DNA from: Clostridia bacterium
Lineage (GTDB): Bacteria > Bacillota > Clostridia > TANB77 > UBA1234
Assembly: GCA_017518295.1 (NCBI GenBank)
Contig: JAFWVJ010000012.1
Coordinates: 338,010-402,009, forward strand
Direction of reading: 5' to 3'
Length of the DNA stretch: 64,000 nt
The notes under the pieces were generated by a model, which saw only the letters and a program-made list of their open reading frames with translations, did not search any database and was not told the origin of the DNA. Positions 18,415-29,117 of the stretch are shown in pieces (the first letter of the stretch is position 1; the number at the start of each line of letters is the position of its first letter). Position numbers and translations under genes: made by a program.

Positions 18415-20106
18415 ATGCTTAGATTCTTAAAAAAAGTCATATTTAGTAGAAGCTTTATGACTGCTTTATTAATAATACTTCAACTTGGCTTTTATGCTTT
18501 AATTGGAAGTGTATTAATTGAATATTCAACAATTATACAAGTCATTGCTTATGTTTTAAGCGTTCTACTTGCTATATACATACTAAGTTTAAAAAATGGA
18601 TCTATAGATGTAAAACTTCCTTGGGTAATAATTATTATTCTATTCCCTGTTTTTGGATCAATCTTTTATTTCTTCTTTAGAAATCAAAGAGTTAGAAAAA
18701 AAGTTAGAAAAAATTTAGAAGCTCAAGCTTATGCTACTAAGAAGATTTCTCACTCGCCAGAAGTTATTTATGAAGAATTAAAAATTAAAAACAAAGATGT
18801 TCACAATCAATCTTATTACATATATAAAAATACAAACATGCCTATTTATAAAAATACTGTAAGCACTTATTTTGAAAGTGGCGAAAAATATTTTGATGCT
18901 TTAGTTGAAGAGTTAAACAAAGCACAAAAATTTATTTTTATGGAATACTTTATAATTAAGCAAGGAAAAATGTGGTCTACAGTTTTCAACATATTAAAAG
19001 AAAAAGCAAAAGAAGGTGTTGAAGTTCGTTTATTATATGATGACTTTGGATGTATCAACGATCTTCCTCAATCTTATAAAAAGCATGTTGAAAAATATGG
19101 AATTAAATGCGAAGTATTTAATCCAATTTATCCTATAACTACTCTTGCTCATAATAATAGAGATCATAGAAAGATTGTTGTTATAGATGGTATAGTTGGT
19201 TTTACAGGTGGCATTAATCTAGCAGATGAATATATAAATGTTATAAATAGATTTGGCCATTGGAAAGATACTGGAATTATGATAAAAGGAGATGCTGTAA
19301 AAAGCTTTTCGCTAATGTTTTTAGAAAGCTGGCATATCTATAGAGATGAAGGCGAAGATTACTCTCCTTATCTTCCAGAACTAGAAATCATAGAGCAAAC
19401 TGCTCCTCAAAAGAAAAAAAGATTTAAGAGAAAAAATAAAAAACAAAGAGAAAAGAAATTAAAAGGAAAGAAAAGCTTTTCTGAAACAATTGATATTGCA
19501 AATATTCCAAAAGCAACATCTAAATTTATCTACAAAAACGATTGGGCAAATTCAGAAGAATTTATCCAACCTTACATGACTACTCCAATGGAAGTAGATG
19601 AAATCGTTGGAAGAAATGTGTATGTAAATATTTTAAATTCAGCCAAAGACTACGTATATATAACTACTCCTTATTTGATTTTAGATCCAGAATTAGAAGA
19701 AGCTATAATAAATGCAGCTAAAAGAAGTGTAGATGTTAGAATAATTACTCCAGGAATTCCAGATAAAAAGATTGTATTTGCTGTAACTAGAAGCGAATAT
19801 ACAAACCTATTAAAACATGGCGTTAGAATCTTTGAATACACTCCTGGGTTTATACATGCAAAAAATGTAGTATCGGATGATACTGTTGCAACAATAGGTT
19901 CAATTAATTTCGATAATAGAAGTTTTTATCATAGCTACGAATGTGGAATATTTTTATATAATTCAGATAATGTAGAAATTATTAGAAAAGATTTTATTAA
20001 ATGCGAAAACTTATCTCAAGAAATCACTCTAAAAAATGCAAATAAGATTCCACTAAGTACAAGGATCAAAACTTCTTTATTTAGATTATTTATACCATTA
20101 ATGTAA
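18415..20106 (+). CDS. cls: cardiolipin synthase (phospholipase D superfamily, two HKD motifs) with Lys-rich insertion
   Basis: N-terminal 2 TM; HRKIVVIDG and HAKNVVSDD HKD motifs; KKKRFKRKNKKQREKKLKGKK insert. Confidence 0.8.
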   Translation: MLRFLKKVIFSRSFMTALLIILQLGFYALIGSVLIEYSTIIQVIAYVLSVLLAIYILSLKNGSIDVKLPWVIIIILFPVFGSIFYFFFRNQRVRKKVRKNLEAQAYATKKISHSPEVIYEELKIKNKDVHNQSYYIYKNTNMPIYKNTVSTYFESGEKYFDALVEELNKAQKFIFMEYFIIKQGKMWSTVFNILKEKAKEGVEVRLLYDDFGCINDLPQSYKKHVEKYGIKCEVFNPIYPITTLAHNNRDHRKIVVIDGIVGFTGGINLADEYINVINRFGHWKDTGIMIKGDAVKSFSLMFLESWHIYRDEGEDYSPYLPELEIIEQTAPQKKKRFKRKNKKQREKKLKGKKSFSETIDIANIPKATSKFIYKNDWANSEEFIQPYMTTPMEVDEIVGRNVYVNILNSAKDYVYITTPYLILDPELEEAIINAAKRSVDVRIITPGIPDKKIVFAVTRSEYTNLLKHGVRIFEYTPGFIHAKNVVSDDTVATIGSINFDNRSFYHSYECGIFLYNSDNVEIIRKDFIKCENLSQEITLKNANKIPLSTRIKTSLFRLFIPLM

Positions 20107-20111
20107 ATGAT

Positions 20112-20157
20112 GGCGAGCAATGCTCGCCGTTACGTAGCGGCGGTCATCGACCGCCAT
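20112..20157. repeat. GC-rich palindromic intergenic repeats (REP-like, two units)
   Basis: ggcgagcaatgctcgccgttacgtagcggcggtcatcgaccgccat. Confidence 0.7.
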
Positions 20158-20162
20158 AAAAA

Positions 20163-20192
20163 AACACGCCTTAATAAGGCGTGCTTTTTATT
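20163..20192 (+). terminator. rho-independent terminator (bidirectional)
   Basis: acacgccttaataaggcgtg hairpin plus ttttt. Confidence 0.55.
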
Positions 20193-21503
20193 TTACTTGA
20201 ACATATCAATCACTGAAGGTTTGTAATTGCAAATAACTTCATAAGCGGTCTTGTTGCTAAGAAGTTTTGCAATCCACTCAAAATCTTTTACAACTTCATG
20301 AGGCTTGCTGGGATTTTCGAAGAAGGACTGCACATAAGAAGCAATAACTACTTCCAAATCATATTCATCGACTCCAAATACAGTAGTATAAAGATCAACT
20401 ACTGCATTCAATGTCTCACCATCAAAGTAGTCGATTGTTTCTGTGATTGCAGATGCATAATCCATCTTGATATCATAGAACAGTTCGCTTCTATAAAGTG
20501 CATTGTCTTTGATCCTCTCAATGAGGCCAATAAATCTTTCTTTAAAATCCATACTATCTTCAAGCATAAAGCTTGTACGCAAAATCATGTTGAAGTAGAA
20601 AGTATAAATCTGAGAAAGATTCTGAGGATAAATCTTGCAAAGTGCATCGATTGCATCGATTGCCATCACATCACATACACCGAAGACAAAATCACAAGCA
20701 TCGATCTTTGCCATCAATTTATCCATAAAGGTATCACTATCTTCACAGTATCTCGTATCAAAATCACGAAGCTCAAAGATATCTTCATCAGTAGCACCAA
20801 TCAAGAATTCATTAAAGTTTTCTTTAAAGATTGCTTTAACATCTTCTGCACAGCTTTCTTTGCCACCGATAGCTTTGAAATTTCCAGTTTTGAGAAGATA
20901 GGTAAAATCAGAAAAAGTCCAACTAAGCAGTCTAGTTTCAACCAAATCTTCTTCGGCCATTTTATGAGATACTGCATTAAGCACTGGGCAATTTTTTACT
21001 TTGCTAAATGCTTCAGGAAATGACACTTCACAAAATTCACAAATCCTATAAAGTGCGTTTACAAATCCCTGTCTAAATTCATTATAATAATCGAATTCAT
21101 ACTCTCCATCTTCTACATAAAAATTTTCTTCGCCGTAAAGCAAAAAGATTCTAGAAGAAATCACATAAAGAAGATTCAGACAGTAATTTGTATTGTAGCC
21201 ACGCGGAAGATAAAGATCAACAATCCTCTTAAAGCAACCATAAATCTGATTACCAGTCTCATCTCCGAAATCATAAATTTCTTCTTTAACAATCTTAGAA
21301 ATCAGAGAGTAGTCAAAGAATACTTTGCTAAAGTCTTGCATCTCTTTTTCCATCCGAGATTTATCCACCTCAGAAAGTTCAGGCACATTTTGAGGCGCAG
21401 GTGAAGTTGAAGATTCAGGAAAATTACCAGGAAGTGAATCATACTTACTTTCACTAGGTCTTCCGTCACGAATCTTGCGATTAAAAAAATCCCTCAAGTT
21501 CAT
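20193..21503 (-). CDS. hypothetical protein (436 aa), acidic, Cys-containing
   Basis: long ORF; no recognisable motif; moderately GC-enriched. Confidence 0.5.
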   Translation of the reverse strand: MNLRDFFNRKIRDGRPSESKYDSLPGNFPESSTSPAPQNVPELSEVDKSRMEKEMQDFSKVFFDYSLISKIVKEEIYDFGDETGNQIYGCFKRIVDLYLPRGYNTNYCLNLLYVISSRIFLLYGEENFYVEDGEYEFDYYNEFRQGFVNALYRICEFCEVSFPEAFSKVKNCPVLNAVSHKMAEEDLVETRLLSWTFSDFTYLLKTGNFKAIGGKESCAEDVKAIFKENFNEFLIGATDEDIFELRDFDTRYCEDSDTFMDKLMAKIDACDFVFGVCDVMAIDAIDALCKIYPQNLSQIYTFYFNMILRTSFMLEDSMDFKERFIGLIERIKDNALYRSELFYDIKMDYASAITETIDYFDGETLNAVVDLYTTVFGVDEYDLEVVIASYVQSFFENPSKPHEVVKDFEWIAKLLSNKTAYEVICNYKPSVIDMFK

Positions 21504-21579
21504 AGTCTTTCCTCCTTAATTGTGTCGGAAATAGTAACCATAGAAACAAGAGAGATTATATATCGTTTACAAAATTATG

Positions 21580-22684
21580 TCAATTGATATTTGCTCTTAA
21601 AAAGCTATCCATAAAATCGTTAATTTCGCCATCCATTACAGCCTGAACGTTTCCAACCTCATAATTAGTACGATGGTCTTTAACTAATGTATATGGGCAA
21701 AATACGTAGCTTCGTATTTGGCTACCCCATGCAATTTCTCTTTGGACACCTTTTAAATCTTCTATCCTTTCTTTATTTTCGCGTTCTTTTAATTCTATAA
21801 GCTTAGAAATAAGCATTTTCATGGCATATTCTCTATTTTGAATCTGAGACCTTTGAGTTTGGCAACTAACAATAATATTAGTAGGAATATGTGTAATTCT
21901 AATAGCAGATTCGGTCTTATTAACGTGTTGTCCGCCTGCGCCAGAGCTTCTATAAGTATCTACTTTTAGGTCTTCTGGATTAATCTCAACATGCACGCTA
22001 TCATCTATTTCGGGAATAACTTCTACGCTAGCAAAAGAAGTATGTCTTCTTCCTCCACTATCAAATGGTGAAATTCTAACTAGTCTATGAACTCCACTTT
22101 CACATTTCATATATCCATAAGCATATGTGCCAATAATTCTAAAAGTCACACTTTTGATACCAGCAACGTCACCATCTAAGTAATCGATTTCTTCTAATTT
22201 AAAACCATTTTTCTCAGCCCACATATTATACATTCTATAAAGCATTTGTGCCCAATCTTGTGATTCAGTGCCACCAGCACCAGGATGAATAGTCACAATT
22301 GCATTATTTTTGTCGTGAGGACCACTTAGTAAATTTTCTGTCTCTAATTTATCTACGCCTTTACTTAGCTTTTTAAATGAGCTTTGTATCTCATGAATTA
22401 AACTTTCATCATTTTCTTCATTAGCAAGTTCTATCATAGCATCTAAATCTTCTGCATCAGAAAATAAACTATTATAGTTAGTTACCTTATCTTTTAAAAG
22501 CTTAATTTCTTGAAGTACTTTACTGCTATTTTCTTGATCGTTCCAAAAGCTAGCATCATTAGTTTGAGCTTCTAGTTCTTTTAACCTAGTCTCTTTAGAA
22601 GCAATGTCAAAGAGACTCACCCATTTCTGTAATTCTTTCCTTCAAAGACTTTAGCTTAGGAGCTAGTTCTTCTAATTCAAGCAT
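21580..22684 (-). CDS. prfB: peptide chain release factor 2 with programmed +1 ribosomal frameshift
   Basis: GGQ motif SGAGGQHVNKTESAIRITHIPT, SPF motif SPFDSGGRRHTSF; frame-0 MLELEELAPKLKSLKERITEMGESL then CTT TGA C at ~22606-22612 shifting into main frame. Confidence 0.85.
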
Positions 22685-22708
22685 TCATCTCACATCCTTT
22701 TTTCAATT

Positions 22709-22737
22709 CGTAACGGCGACCAAAAGGTCGCCGCCAT
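22709..22737. repeat. GC-rich palindromic intergenic repeat (REP-like)
   Basis: cgtaacggcgaccaaaaggtcgccgccat. Confidence 0.65.
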
Positions 22738-22738
22738 A

Positions 22739-24073
22739 TTACCTATATTTGTCTAGGTTTGCAAATTTTGTAAATTGTCCAAGCCATGCAAGTTCAACTG
22801 TTCCTATAGAACCTGCTCTATTTTTAGCAAGTATTATTTCTGCCACATTCTTCTTATCTGTTTCTTGATTATATACTTCATCTCTATATATAAACATTAC
22901 CATGTCAGCATCTTGCTCGATAGAACCAGATTCTCTTAAATCTGCTAGCATAGGTCTATGCTCATCTCTTTGTTCCGGAGCACGGCTTAGCTGTGATGCT
23001 GCAATGATTGGTACACCAATTTCTTTTGCAAGCATTTTTAAAGAACGAGAAATATCTGAGATATCTTGTTGTCTACTACTACTTGCTTTTCCAGCATTCA
23101 TAAGTTGTAAGTAGTCGATAACAATTAATTTAATATCATGTTCCATTTTTAGTCTTCTACATCTTGCTCTTAATTCCATTGGAGAATAACCAACAGAATC
23201 ATCTAATAAAATTTTAGCATTTGCTAAAGTTCCAGTAGCATTAGTAAGACTAATCCAGTCTTCATCATCTAATTTTCCATTTCTAATTTTTTGGCTATCT
23301 ATCAAAGCTTCAGATGCCAAAATTCTTCCAGTTAATTCTTCTTTACTCATCTCCAAGCTAAAATATACTACTGCTGCATCTGCTTTCAAAGCAGCATTTG
23401 TAGCCATATTTAGCATAAAAGCAGATTTACCCATTGCTGGTCTTGCAGCAACAATTATGAGTTGTCCTGGACAAAAACCTAAAGTTTTATCATCTAAATC
23501 TTTAAAACCAGATGTTAAACCAACTAAGTTATCTTTCTTATCTGCCATTTCTTGAATATTATCTATTGCTGCACCAAGAGTATCTTTCAAGAATGAATAT
23601 GTTTTTTCACTCTTTCCTTCACTAATTGCAAATAAATTCTTTTCTGCTTTATCTAAAATATCTATAGCTTCTTCATTTTCTTCATAACTTAATCTTGCTA
23701 TTTCATTTGAACTACTAATTAGTTTTCTTAAAATAGATTTTTCTTCGACAATCTTTGCATAGCTTTCTACATTTGCTATTGAATACATAGGATTATTTAA
23801 AGAAACTAAATATTCAAATCCATTTATAGTATCGTATTTACCTCTTAGTTCTAATTGAGATTTTAAAGTTAAAAGATCAACAGGTTCATTTTTGTAAGTT
23901 AAGTCTAGCATTGCACTATAGATTTCTTGATGCTCTGGTCTATAGAAATCTTCTGGTTTTAAGATATCTATTACAGTAAGAATCGCATCTTTATCTACAA
24001 GCATTGAACCTAATACTGCTTGTTCTGCTTGTGAATCACTAGGAGGCATCCTACTAATTATATTTTCATTCAT
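22739..24073 (-). CDS. dnaB: replicative DNA helicase
   Basis: N-terminal QAEQAVLGSML; Walker A ARPAMGKSAF; full DnaB-length. Confidence 0.9.
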   Translation of the reverse strand: MNENIISRMPPSDSQAEQAVLGSMLVDKDAILTVIDILKPEDFYRPEHQEIYSAMLDLTYKNEPVDLLTLKSQLELRGKYDTINGFEYLVSLNNPMYSIANVESYAKIVEEKSILRKLISSSNEIARLSYEENEEAIDILDKAEKNLFAISEGKSEKTYSFLKDTLGAAIDNIQEMADKKDNLVGLTSGFKDLDDKTLGFCPGQLIIVAARPAMGKSAFMLNMATNAALKADAAVVYFSLEMSKEELTGRILASEALIDSQKIRNGKLDDEDWISLTNATGTLANAKILLDDSVGYSPMELRARCRRLKMEHDIKLIVIDYLQLMNAGKASSSRQQDISDISRSLKMLAKEIGVPIIAASQLSRAPEQRDEHRPMLADLRESGSIEQDADMVMFIYRDEVYNQETDKKNVAEIILAKNRAGSIGTVELAWLGQFTKFANLDKYR

Positions 24074-24093
24074 TACTTTACTACCCCTCGTTT

Positions 24094-24162
24094 GGCGACC
24101 AAAGGTCGCATTTCGTATCGGCGAGCATTGCTCGCCATGGCAATCGATGATCGCCGCTACGA
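24094..24162. repeat. GC-rich palindromic intergenic repeats (REP-like, three units)
   Basis: ggcgaccaaaggtcgc...cgtatcggcgagcattgctcgccatggcaatcgatgatcgccgctacg. Confidence 0.7.
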
Positions 24163-24606
24163 TTCAGCTTCTACGCTTACTTTTAATGTGCCCGAAATTC
24201 CTTCAAATAGTTTTATTTCTACATTGTATGTGCCTAAGTTCTTAATCGCATCATCAAGCATTACTTTCTTTTTATCTACTTCTACAAAGTATTTTTTATT
24301 TAATTCATCTGCTATATCTTTACTAGTAACACTTCCAAAAATCTTTCCATTGTCTCCTGCTTTGATTTTAAATATAAGCTCAAAGTCTTTCATTTTTTCT
24401 TTTAATTCCTTTGCAGCAGCCATGCTCATGTCTTTTTTATATTTGTTTGCTTCTTGTTTAGTCTTAAGAGCATTCATGTTTGCTGCATCTGCTATAACAG
24501 CCATCTTTTTCGGTAATAAAAAGTTTCTTGCATATCCATCTGACGCATCAAGAACTTGACCTTTTTTACCAACTGATTTGATGTCTTGTAATAAAATAAC
24601 TTTCAT
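24157..24606 (-). CDS. rplI: 50S ribosomal protein L9
   Basis: MKVILLQDIKSVGKKGQVLDASDGYARNFLLPKKMAV; ORF-track start extended upstream. Confidence 0.85.
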   Translation of the reverse strand: MKVILLQDIKSVGKKGQVLDASDGYARNFLLPKKMAVIADAANMNALKTKQEANKYKKDMSMAAAKELKEKMKDFELIFKIKAGDNGKIFGSVTSKDIADELNKKYFVEVDKKKVMLDDAIKNLGTYNVEIKLFEGISGTLKVSVEAES

Positions 24607-24638
24607 AAGCACCTCCTGTTGGACAGCAATGCTATCCA

Positions 24639-26630
24639 TTACTTTTCATTGTCTTCTTCGCTTTGCTTAATTGCATCTAATAGTAAATCTCTTGCTTTTT
24701 CCATATTTGCATCATAAACTTGTGCGCCAGCTACTGTTTGATGTCCGCCACCGCCTAGTTTTTCTAATACTACTTGTACGTTCATGCTTCCATTTGATCT
24801 ACCACTTATATTTATATACTCTCCTGTATTTACAAGTACAAAAGATGTCTCAATTCCGTTTAATGATATTAGTTCATCAGCTGCTTGAGCTGCAATTTGC
24901 ATTCCATTTGTAATTTCTGGTGGGCAAAATGCTATAGCTACATCACTACGAACTTTTTCTGCTGTTCTAATAATATCTGCTACTGCTACATAAGTATCTA
25001 TATCGTTATCGAATAACTTCTTAACAGCAAATACATCTACGCCAAGTCTCTTTAAGAAAGCCGCTGCTTCAAAAGTTCTTACACCAGTCTTAAATGTGAA
25101 ATTCTTTGTATCGGTTAATATTCCAGCATATAAAGCCTCTGCCTCTACCAAAGGAATATCCATCTTTGCATCAATATATTGCATAATCTCTGTTACTAAT
25201 TCGCAAGCAGATGATGCATATACTTCGTGGAATGTAAGAGTTGGATCTTGAATAAAATCTGCACTTCTTCTATGGTGATCTATCAAAACAACTTTATTAG
25301 TTTTTTCAAGAATCTCTGGTGCTTCTACATAATCGTTTCTGTGAGTATCTGTTACTACCAAAAGTGTATCTGGAGAAATTATTTTTAGCATTTCTTCAGT
25401 AGAAACAAATACATCATCATATGCTTTATCTTTATTTAGTCTTTTAACTAAACCATCTAAAGCAATTCCTTTGCCATTAAATAATATATAAGCATCTTTT
25501 CCTAATGATTTAGCTATTCTATATATACCAAGTGCAGAGCCTAAGCAGTCAGCATCAGGATTTCTATGTCCTATAATACATACATTTTTACTTTCTGTGA
25601 TTAACTCTTGTAAAGCTCCTGCTATAACTCTTGATTTTACTTTTGTTCTCTTTTCTATTTCTTTTGACTTACCGCCAAAGAATTCATACTTAGCATCTCT
25701 TTTGATAATTGCTTGGTCACCACCACGACCAAGAGCAATGTCTAGTGTAGCAAATGCGTTATGCAATTTTTCTGCTTTAGTAGCATTATCTATTACTAAA
25801 GCGATACTTAATGTAATAGGCATATTGTTACTAAATGTGGTTGTTTTGATGCTATCTAATATATCAAACTTATTATCTACAAATTGTTTTAAGTACTTGT
25901 AATCAAAAGATATTAAAAACTTGTTTCTATCTAATTTTACAAACATACCACCTGTGAATGAAAACCATTCTCTAAGTCTTGTTTCAATTGCAGCAATTAG
26001 TTGAGCTTTTTCACTATCTTGTGAACCTTGGATTACTTCATCATAGTTATCTACTAAAATTAATCCAACTACATCTTGTTCATCTTCATATGCTTGATAT
26101 AGTTCATAGAAATCATCTCTATCTATAAAATAAAGCATTAAGCTTTTTTCAGAATATCCACGTTTTCTAATATTAACCATATTGCCAAGTAGTGAATAAT
26201 GTTTGCCATGAATAGTCACATTTCTATTAATACCTGTAAATGAGTCATCAAAATTTTCATTTAATTCTTTTAGTAAGCTTTCAATATATTTCTCCTTATT
26301 AACCCCTTTGAAAATTTCGTCGACACCATTATTATTCCAAAGTATTTCTCCTTGCTCATTTAGAATAAGCGCAGGAAGTGGAAAATCAAGTATTGATTCA
26401 TCTGTATTTAGTTTAACCATGAAGCTGTTTAAGTTACGAATAATTCTCTCAATTGCACTCTTTCTTTTTCTATAAGTAATGTACAAAATAAAGAAATATA
26501 CAAATACAGCACTAATAATTGTGATTGGATGTGGCTTAATCACACATATAGTCACAAGCATAAGTAAAGTTATCAATAAATAGAATCTGTATTTTGAAAC
26601 AAACACTTCACTAAATTTAACTTTTTTCAT
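24639..26630 (-). CDS. gdpP: membrane-anchored DHH/DHHA1 phosphoesterase, c-di-AMP phosphodiesterase GdpP-like
   Basis: 2 N-terminal TM, central degenerate GGDEF-like region, DHH-family core CIIGHRNPDADCLGS...DTHRND, DHHA1 tail GGGHQTVAGAQ; conserved position upstream of rplI-dnaB. Confidence 0.75.
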   Translation of the reverse strand: MKKVKFSEVFVSKYRFYLLITLLMLVTICVIKPHPITIISAVFVYFFILYITYRKRKSAIERIIRNLNSFMVKLNTDESILDFPLPALILNEQGEILWNNNGVDEIFKGVNKEKYIESLLKELNENFDDSFTGINRNVTIHGKHYSLLGNMVNIRKRGYSEKSLMLYFIDRDDFYELYQAYEDEQDVVGLILVDNYDEVIQGSQDSEKAQLIAAIETRLREWFSFTGGMFVKLDRNKFLISFDYKYLKQFVDNKFDILDSIKTTTFSNNMPITLSIALVIDNATKAEKLHNAFATLDIALGRGGDQAIIKRDAKYEFFGGKSKEIEKRTKVKSRVIAGALQELITESKNVCIIGHRNPDADCLGSALGIYRIAKSLGKDAYILFNGKGIALDGLVKRLNKDKAYDDVFVSTEEMLKIISPDTLLVVTDTHRNDYVEAPEILEKTNKVVLIDHHRRSADFIQDPTLTFHEVYASSACELVTEIMQYIDAKMDIPLVEAEALYAGILTDTKNFTFKTGVRTFEAAAFLKRLGVDVFAVKKLFDNDIDTYVAVADIIRTAEKVRSDVAIAFCPPEITNGMQIAAQAADELISLNGIETSFVLVNTGEYINISGRSNGSMNVQVVLEKLGGGGHQTVAGAQVYDANMEKARDLLLDAIKQSEEDNEK

Positions 26631-26757
26631 AAGTCCTCCATAAACTTGTTCAATTCAATAATATATACTGATATTTCAAGCAAATTTTATTACGATACTT
26701 ATACAATGTCAACACAAGTAGGTTTACGAAAAGCTGTATTTTGACTGCTTTTGTAAA

Positions 26758-27639
26758 CTAAAAATGTCTTCCTCCACCGCCGTGAATTCTGCCACTACTT
26801 GAGTGATGTGTTGAAGATCCGCCAGAAAATCCACCACTTCTGCTACTACCACTACCAGTATTTGCTGGTGGTATATATCTACTAGTTGTGTTTTGACTTA
26901 CCAAATGGTCTTCTTTTACTTGCCAATCTACGTTGCATACATAGTTAGCAGCGTTAGTTGCTTGCTTAACTGTTTTTTGATTTCTTCTAACTGCATTTGT
27001 AAATAACGCAGCAAATACAGTTGATATAATTGCAAGTATTCCCCAATGATGGTCGGCTGTTGGATTTATAAATTCCCAAAAAGAAGGTTGATTTAGCTCA
27101 TCTTCATGTACATATTTTTGATCTGGTGTTATAACATATCCTTCATTACTAGATGGAATACCTTGTTCATAATAATACTTTGCATCATCTATAAAAGCTT
27201 TACAACTTGAAAAATAATTAGCTGAAGCAACACCATCAAAACAATCATCTAAAATCTTATCTATTCTCTCATCATCATAATATAAAATAGCATCTCCACC
27301 TGTTGAAATATAAATCTCACGAGTATCCATGTCTATTAAATACAATATTGCATCATATTTATCGCCAATTCCAAAATTATTTTTATCTACAAAATCATCA
27401 GCATATACCATAGCAGTGCCTTGAGGATTTTGATTGATTGTAACTATTGCCATCCCAATATTTGTATCAGCCACATAGTCTTTTACCAAATCTTTTAACT
27501 CAGATTCTTCGGAATCTAAAAGTAAATCGGCATAATCATATACTTTTAATTCTCTATTTACTTCAGGTACATCTGCAAAGCAAATCGAGAAAGCAAAAAG
27601 AACAAAAATAAATACTAAAACAAAACTTATTTTTCTCAT
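26758..27639 (-). CDS. TPM-domain (TLP18.3/Psb32/MOLO-1 family) protein with signal peptide, C-terminal TM and Gly/Ser-rich tail
   Basis: VYDYADLLLDSEESELKDLVKDYVADTNIGMAIVTI; TM ILAIISTVFAALF. Confidence 0.6.
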   Translation of the reverse strand: MRKISFVLVFIFVLFAFSICFADVPEVNRELKVYDYADLLLDSEESELKDLVKDYVADTNIGMAIVTINQNPQGTAMVYADDFVDKNNFGIGDKYDAILYLIDMDTREIYISTGGDAILYYDDERIDKILDDCFDGVASANYFSSCKAFIDDAKYYYEQGIPSSNEGYVITPDQKYVHEDELNQPSFWEFINPTADHHWGILAIISTVFAALFTNAVRRNQKTVKQATNAANYVCNVDWQVKEDHLVSQNTTSRYIPPANTGSGSSRSGGFSGGSSTHHSSSGRIHGGGGRHF

Positions 27640-28886
27640 TTCTTTTTACCTCCTTTCATGTATCTGCTTGGTTTGATTACAAAGTTATAATAGAACAATA
27701 CCAAAAGGATTATTAAGAAAATCAAATATATAAAAGTTGGTGCAGATACTAATGGAAATCTGCTATTTTCTGTGTAGTTATAAAATGACTCACCTATATA
27801 TAGTAATCCAAATAATATAGCAAATAAGCTAATTAACATTATCAAAACTTTTTTAAAACTAATTGGAAAATTACCAACTACTTTTCCAGATTCACCATTC
27901 ATCGCAAATTGATACATTTTATCGTTATATTTAGTATTTAACATCCAAACTGGTAAAAGCCAATATAATACTTCACCTTTATCTTCACTCATATTAACTG
28001 AAGAAATTCTAGGAGCAGCATAAGGAATTGAACTATCTACTTTTTGATTTGAAGAATTAATCATTCTAAGTTGTGCTCTTTCATAAGCTGCTTCTTTATC
28101 TACATCATATTTTTCTGCCAAGAAACCAGATAGATATCTAGAATCAAATTCTTTTTTCTTTGAATAATCAAAAGGTTCGATTGAATCCATTAAATCATCA
28201 TCAAACTTTTGAGAACCATCCACAGGAACATCATCAAAAGAAACAATTACATCTCTATCGAATTTAAATTCACTAGTTTCTGTATATTCGTAATTTCCAG
28301 ATCTCCAAGTTCTAACTGTTGTGCCATAACCAGATTTTTGGACTCTTAAATCACTATCATATGTCCAAAAAGGAATATATACACCAGTTAGTTTTTCTAT
28401 ATTGTTTGGTGATTTAAAACTATTTGGTACAAAAGTTCTAGAATCTATATATTTCATATACTCAGAAACTGCATCTTCTTTTGTAGTTTGAAAAGGAATT
28501 ATATATTGTGGTTTAAAATTACCAACTAATCTATCTTTAATTAGAGTATATCCACCACAATAAACACAAAATGTTGCAGCTGTATTTTTATCAGCAACTA
28601 TTTGTGCACCACAGTTTTCACAAGTATATAAATCGAACTCATCATTATTTATTTCTGATGAATCATCATCTTTATTTTCTTTTACTTTTACATCATAGTT
28701 ATGCTCAATTTGTTCTTTTTGAGCATTCTCGTTATCTTCGTTTTGGTCCTTGTTATTTTCTTCAAATGATTTAATTTGTTCTGCAGTAAATCTTCCTCCA
28801 CAATAATCGCAAACCCATAATTGAGATTTTGGATCAAAAGGAATTTTGGCAGAGCATGTTGGACACTTAGTAGAAAAAACTTCCAT
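27636..28886 (-). CDS. double zinc-ribbon protein with C-terminal transmembrane helices
   Basis: CPTC...CDYCGG and CENCG...CVYCGG; C-terminal TM; likely start MEVFSTK (SD agggag) rather than ORF-track TTG start. Confidence 0.5.
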   Translation of the reverse strand: MEVFSTKCPTCSAKIPFDPKSQLWVCDYCGGRFTAEQIKSFEENNKDQNEDNENAQKEQIEHNYDVKVKENKDDDSSEINNDEFDLYTCENCGAQIVADKNTAATFCVYCGGYTLIKDRLVGNFKPQYIIPFQTTKEDAVSEYMKYIDSRTFVPNSFKSPNNIEKLTGVYIPFWTYDSDLRVQKSGYGTTVRTWRSGNYEYTETSEFKFDRDVIVSFDDVPVDGSQKFDDDLMDSIEPFDYSKKKEFDSRYLSGFLAEKYDVDKEAAYERAQLRMINSSNQKVDSSIPYAAPRISSVNMSEDKGEVLYWLLPVWMLNTKYNDKMYQFAMNGESGKVVGNFPISFKKVLIMLISLFAILFGLLYIGESFYNYTENSRFPLVSAPTFIYLIFLIILLVLFYYNFVIKPSRYMKGGKKK

Positions 28887-28931
28887 TGGATTTCTCCCTT
28901 CATATTTCCTAAACAATTATATATATCAATC

Positions 28932-29117
28932 TTAATTTATAACTTTTTTAATCATCTTTAATGCTTTAGGTCGTTCTATCATAATAGTGTGACCACAACC
29001 TACGCATTCCATTTTAAAGTCTACTCCAACTCTAGTTATTTTCCATTGTTTGGAGCCACAAGGATGCTGTTTTTTTACTTCAACAATATCGCCTACTTTA
29101 AGGTCAATTTGTTCCAT
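28932..29117 (-). CDS. DUF951-family small protein
   Basis: VGDIVEVKKQHPCGSKQWKITRVGVDFKMECVGCGHTIMIERPKALK. Confidence 0.6.
   Translation of the reverse strand: MEQIDLKVGDIVEVKKQHPCGSKQWKITRVGVDFKMECVGCGHTIMIERPKALKMIKKVIN

Noticed and set aside
20298-21023. 241-aa and 88-aa plus-strand ORFs antisense to the 20193-21503 gene
   Set aside because: They lie fully inside a longer, better-supported minus-strand ORF and have no RBS.
22620-22700. Apparent truncation or mis-start of prfB
   Set aside because: It is explained by the natural programmed +1 frameshift, not a pseudogene.
13081-24162. Possible CRISPR array, given many short GC-rich repeats
   Set aside because: The repeats are palindromic hairpin units in variable head-to-tail combinations, scattered over 47 kb with genes between them. 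There is no regular repeat–spacer periodicity and no cas genes.
24092-24559. 155-aa plus-strand ORF overlapping rplI
   Set aside because: It is antisense to a highly conserved ribosomal protein gene and begins inside a REP cluster.
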